Origin: an uncultured delta proteobacterium
Lineage (GTDB): Bacteria; Desulfobacterota; Binatia; UBA9968
Assembly: GCA_963737905.1 (NCBI GenBank)
Contig: CAVTUQ010000002.1
Location: 655,382-719,381 of the forward strand
Reading direction: 5' to 3'
Length of the DNA: 64,000 nucleotides
The translations under genes were made by a program, and so were the position numbers. Below are positions 62,107-64,000 of the stretch, one piece after another (the first letter of the stretch is position 1; each line of letters starts with the position of its first letter). The notes under the pieces were generated by a model that was not told the DNA's origin, did no database searches, and saw only the letters and a program-made list of their open reading frames with translations.

Positions 62107-63525
62107 GTGAATCAACAGAAGAGAAACTGGAGAATATTCTTTGTAGTGCTGTGGATGTTTGTGGTGACGATACCTGCTCCTACGTTTGGTCAGGAATCAA
62201 ACCAACCAGTCGCAACACCTGGAAATACAGCGGCCACGTCATCAGAGACACCTTCGCTTCCGGCTATAGCACCCAGCGCTGCGGCGCCTATTCCACCGGC
62301 GAAACTCGACAAAGGCGACAATGCATGGATGCTAACTTCCGCTGCTTTGGTACTGATGATGACCATCCCAGGCCTTTTTCTCTTCTATGGCGGCTTGGTG
62401 AGAGGGAAAAATGTCCTCGGTACCATCATGCAGAGTTTTATTATTGTCGCTGTAATCAGTATTCAGTGGGTCCTCTGGGGCTACAGTCTCGCGTTTGGAC
62501 CAGACGTAGGTGGAATCATCGGAAATCTCGACTGGTTTGGTCTGAACGGAGTCGGCACGGAACCGAATCCCGACTACGCTGCTACGATTCCCCATCAGAC
62601 TTTCATGGTCTATCAGATGATGTTCGCAGTCATCACTCCCGCGCTGATCACCGGGGCTTTTGCGGAACGCGTGAAATTCAGTGCATTCTTGGTTTTCATT
62701 CTGCTTTGGGCGACGCTTATTTATGATCCACTCGCTCATTGGGTATGGGGCGTAAAGGGATGGATGCGTGAAATGGGCGCACTCGACTTTGCCGGTGGTA
62801 CAGTCGTGCACATTAGTTCGGGAGTCTCTGCTCTTGTGGCGGCTCTCATGTTTGGGCGGCGAATCGGTTATGGCCAAGAAGCGATGCCACCGCATAATCT
62901 TCCCTTCAGCGTCATAGGCGCTTCACTTTTGTGGGTCGGTTGGTTCGGATTCAACGCCGGAAGCGCGCTAGCCGCGGATGGCCTCGCTACGTCTGCTTTC
63001 GTGGCAACCCATATAGCGACATCGGCAGCCGCCCTCTCCTGGATGGCGATGGATTGGATTTTTAGAGGCAAACCGACATGCTTGGGAGCCGCTAGCGGTG
63101 CCGTTGCGGGTCTGGTTGCCATTACACCGGCATCGGGATTTGTCGGTCCCATGTCAGCAATCTGGATTGGGATCGGCGGTGGAGTATTCTGTTCGATCGC
63201 GTGTAGCATAAAGCCAAAGCTCGGTTACGATGACTCTCTTGATGTCGTGGGAGTGCATGGCGTTGGCGGGACCTGGGGAGCCCTGGCGACAGGTCTTTTC
63301 GCTTCTAAAGCCGTAAACGCGGCCGGAAACGACGGTCTCTTCTTCGGCAATCCGGGGCAGCTGTGGGTGCAATTGGTCGCGGTTGTCGCCACTTGGATTC
63401 TGGCTATCGTTGGAACTTACATTCTTCTCTCCGTGGTTAAGGCGATCACGAGTCTCAGGGTAACAGATGACGACGAACGCATGGGCCTGGATTTGAGCCA
63501 ACACAATGAGCGCGCATACGAGTAA
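62107..63525 (+). CDS. amtB: Ammonium transporter
   Basis: LVLMM.PGL.LFYGG, DFAGGTVVH, WVGWFGFNAGS, DDSLDV.GVHG. Confidence 0.97.
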   Translation: MNQQKRNWRIFFVVLWMFVVTIPAPTFGQESNQPVATPGNTAATSSETPSLPAIAPSAAAPIPPAKLDKGDNAWMLTSAALVLMMTIPGLFLFYGGLVRGKNVLGTIMQSFIIVAVISIQWVLWGYSLAFGPDVGGIIGNLDWFGLNGVGTEPNPDYAATIPHQTFMVYQMMFAVITPALITGAFAERVKFSAFLVFILLWATLIYDPLAHWVWGVKGWMREMGALDFAGGTVVHISSGVSALVAALMFGRRIGYGQEAMPPHNLPFSVIGASLLWVGWFGFNAGSALAADGLATSAFVATHIATSAAALSWMAMDWIFRGKPTCLGAASGAVAGLVAITPASGFVGPMSAIWIGIGGGVFCSIACSIKPKLGYDDSLDVVGVHGVGGTWGALATGLFASKAVNAAGNDGLFFGNPGQLWVQLVAVVATWILAIVGTYILLSVVKAITSLRVTDDDERMGLDLSQHNERAYE

Positions 63526-63617
63526 TGACCGGAGCGGGCTGGCTGTCGATTAGAGAATGTGATAACAAAATTTGCGGTCCGAAATAATGTTGATAATGAC
63601 AAGAGAGGAGCAGTGAG

Positions 63618-64000
63618 ATGAGTGTCAAGGACGTATTAGATTTAGTCAAGAAGAACAAAGTAGAGATTGTGGATTTCAAATTTGTCGACGTGCCGGGGTT
63701 ATGGCAGCACTTTTCGATTCCGGCGGCAGAGTTGACGGCGGACTTATTTGAAGACGGGATTGGCTTCGACGGCTCCAGTATACGAGGATTTCAATCGATC
63801 AACGAGTCCGACATGCTCCTCATCCCCGACCCCGACAGCGCCATGATGGACCCGTTCACCGAACATCCGACCTTGAGCTTGGTGTGTAACGTCATCGACG
63901 CGGTCACTCGGGAATCCTACAGCCGAGATCCCAGATACGTAGCGCAAAAGGCCGAGAAGTACTTAAAATCGAGCGGGGTCGCCGACATAAGTTACTGGGG
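63618..64000 (+). CDS. glnA: Glutamine synthetase type I, N-terminal part (runs off window)
   Basis: Translated manually: VDFKFVDVPGLWQHFSIP, FDGSSIRGF, ESDM, DPF, YSRDPR. Confidence 0.95.
   Translation, partial: MSVKDVLDLVKKNKVEIVDFKFVDVPGLWQHFSIPAAELTADLFEDGIGFDGSSIRGFQSINESDMLLIPDPDSAMMDPFTEHPTLSLVCNVIDAVTRESYSRDPRYVAQKAEKYLKSSGVADISYW

Overview
Origin-of-replication region of a bacterial chromosome. The gene content (split hemL-atpZ/I-B-E and atpF'F-HAGDC operons, many orphan solute-binding proteins, amidohydrolase, cupins, LLM) suggests a deltaproteobacteria-like lineage such as Candidatus Binatia; this is inference only. Housekeeping blocks are dnaJ-lon-thiL-larB, Fo genes, hemL, dnaA-dnaN with a bipartite oriC and DnaA-trio unwinding element, bactofilin plus F1 genes, mnmE-mnmG-parAB with two parS sites, ispH, and sigma54-driven amtB-glnA. 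They are interleaved with accessory catabolic genes. The most unusual element sits directly after atpC: bicupin, EutA-like ASKHA ATPase with a His/Asp-rich N-terminus, EamA transporter, and a second paralogous bicupin, with no eutBC or other B12 enzyme in the window. It may be an undescribed ATPase-assisted cupin enzyme system. Other candidates are a structured intergenic RNA, a sigma54-preceded secreted FG-GAP protein, a gene remnant, and short intergenic repeats. Four genes carry single-base frameshifts, most likely assembly errors. No rRNA, tRNA, CRISPR array or transposase was seen.
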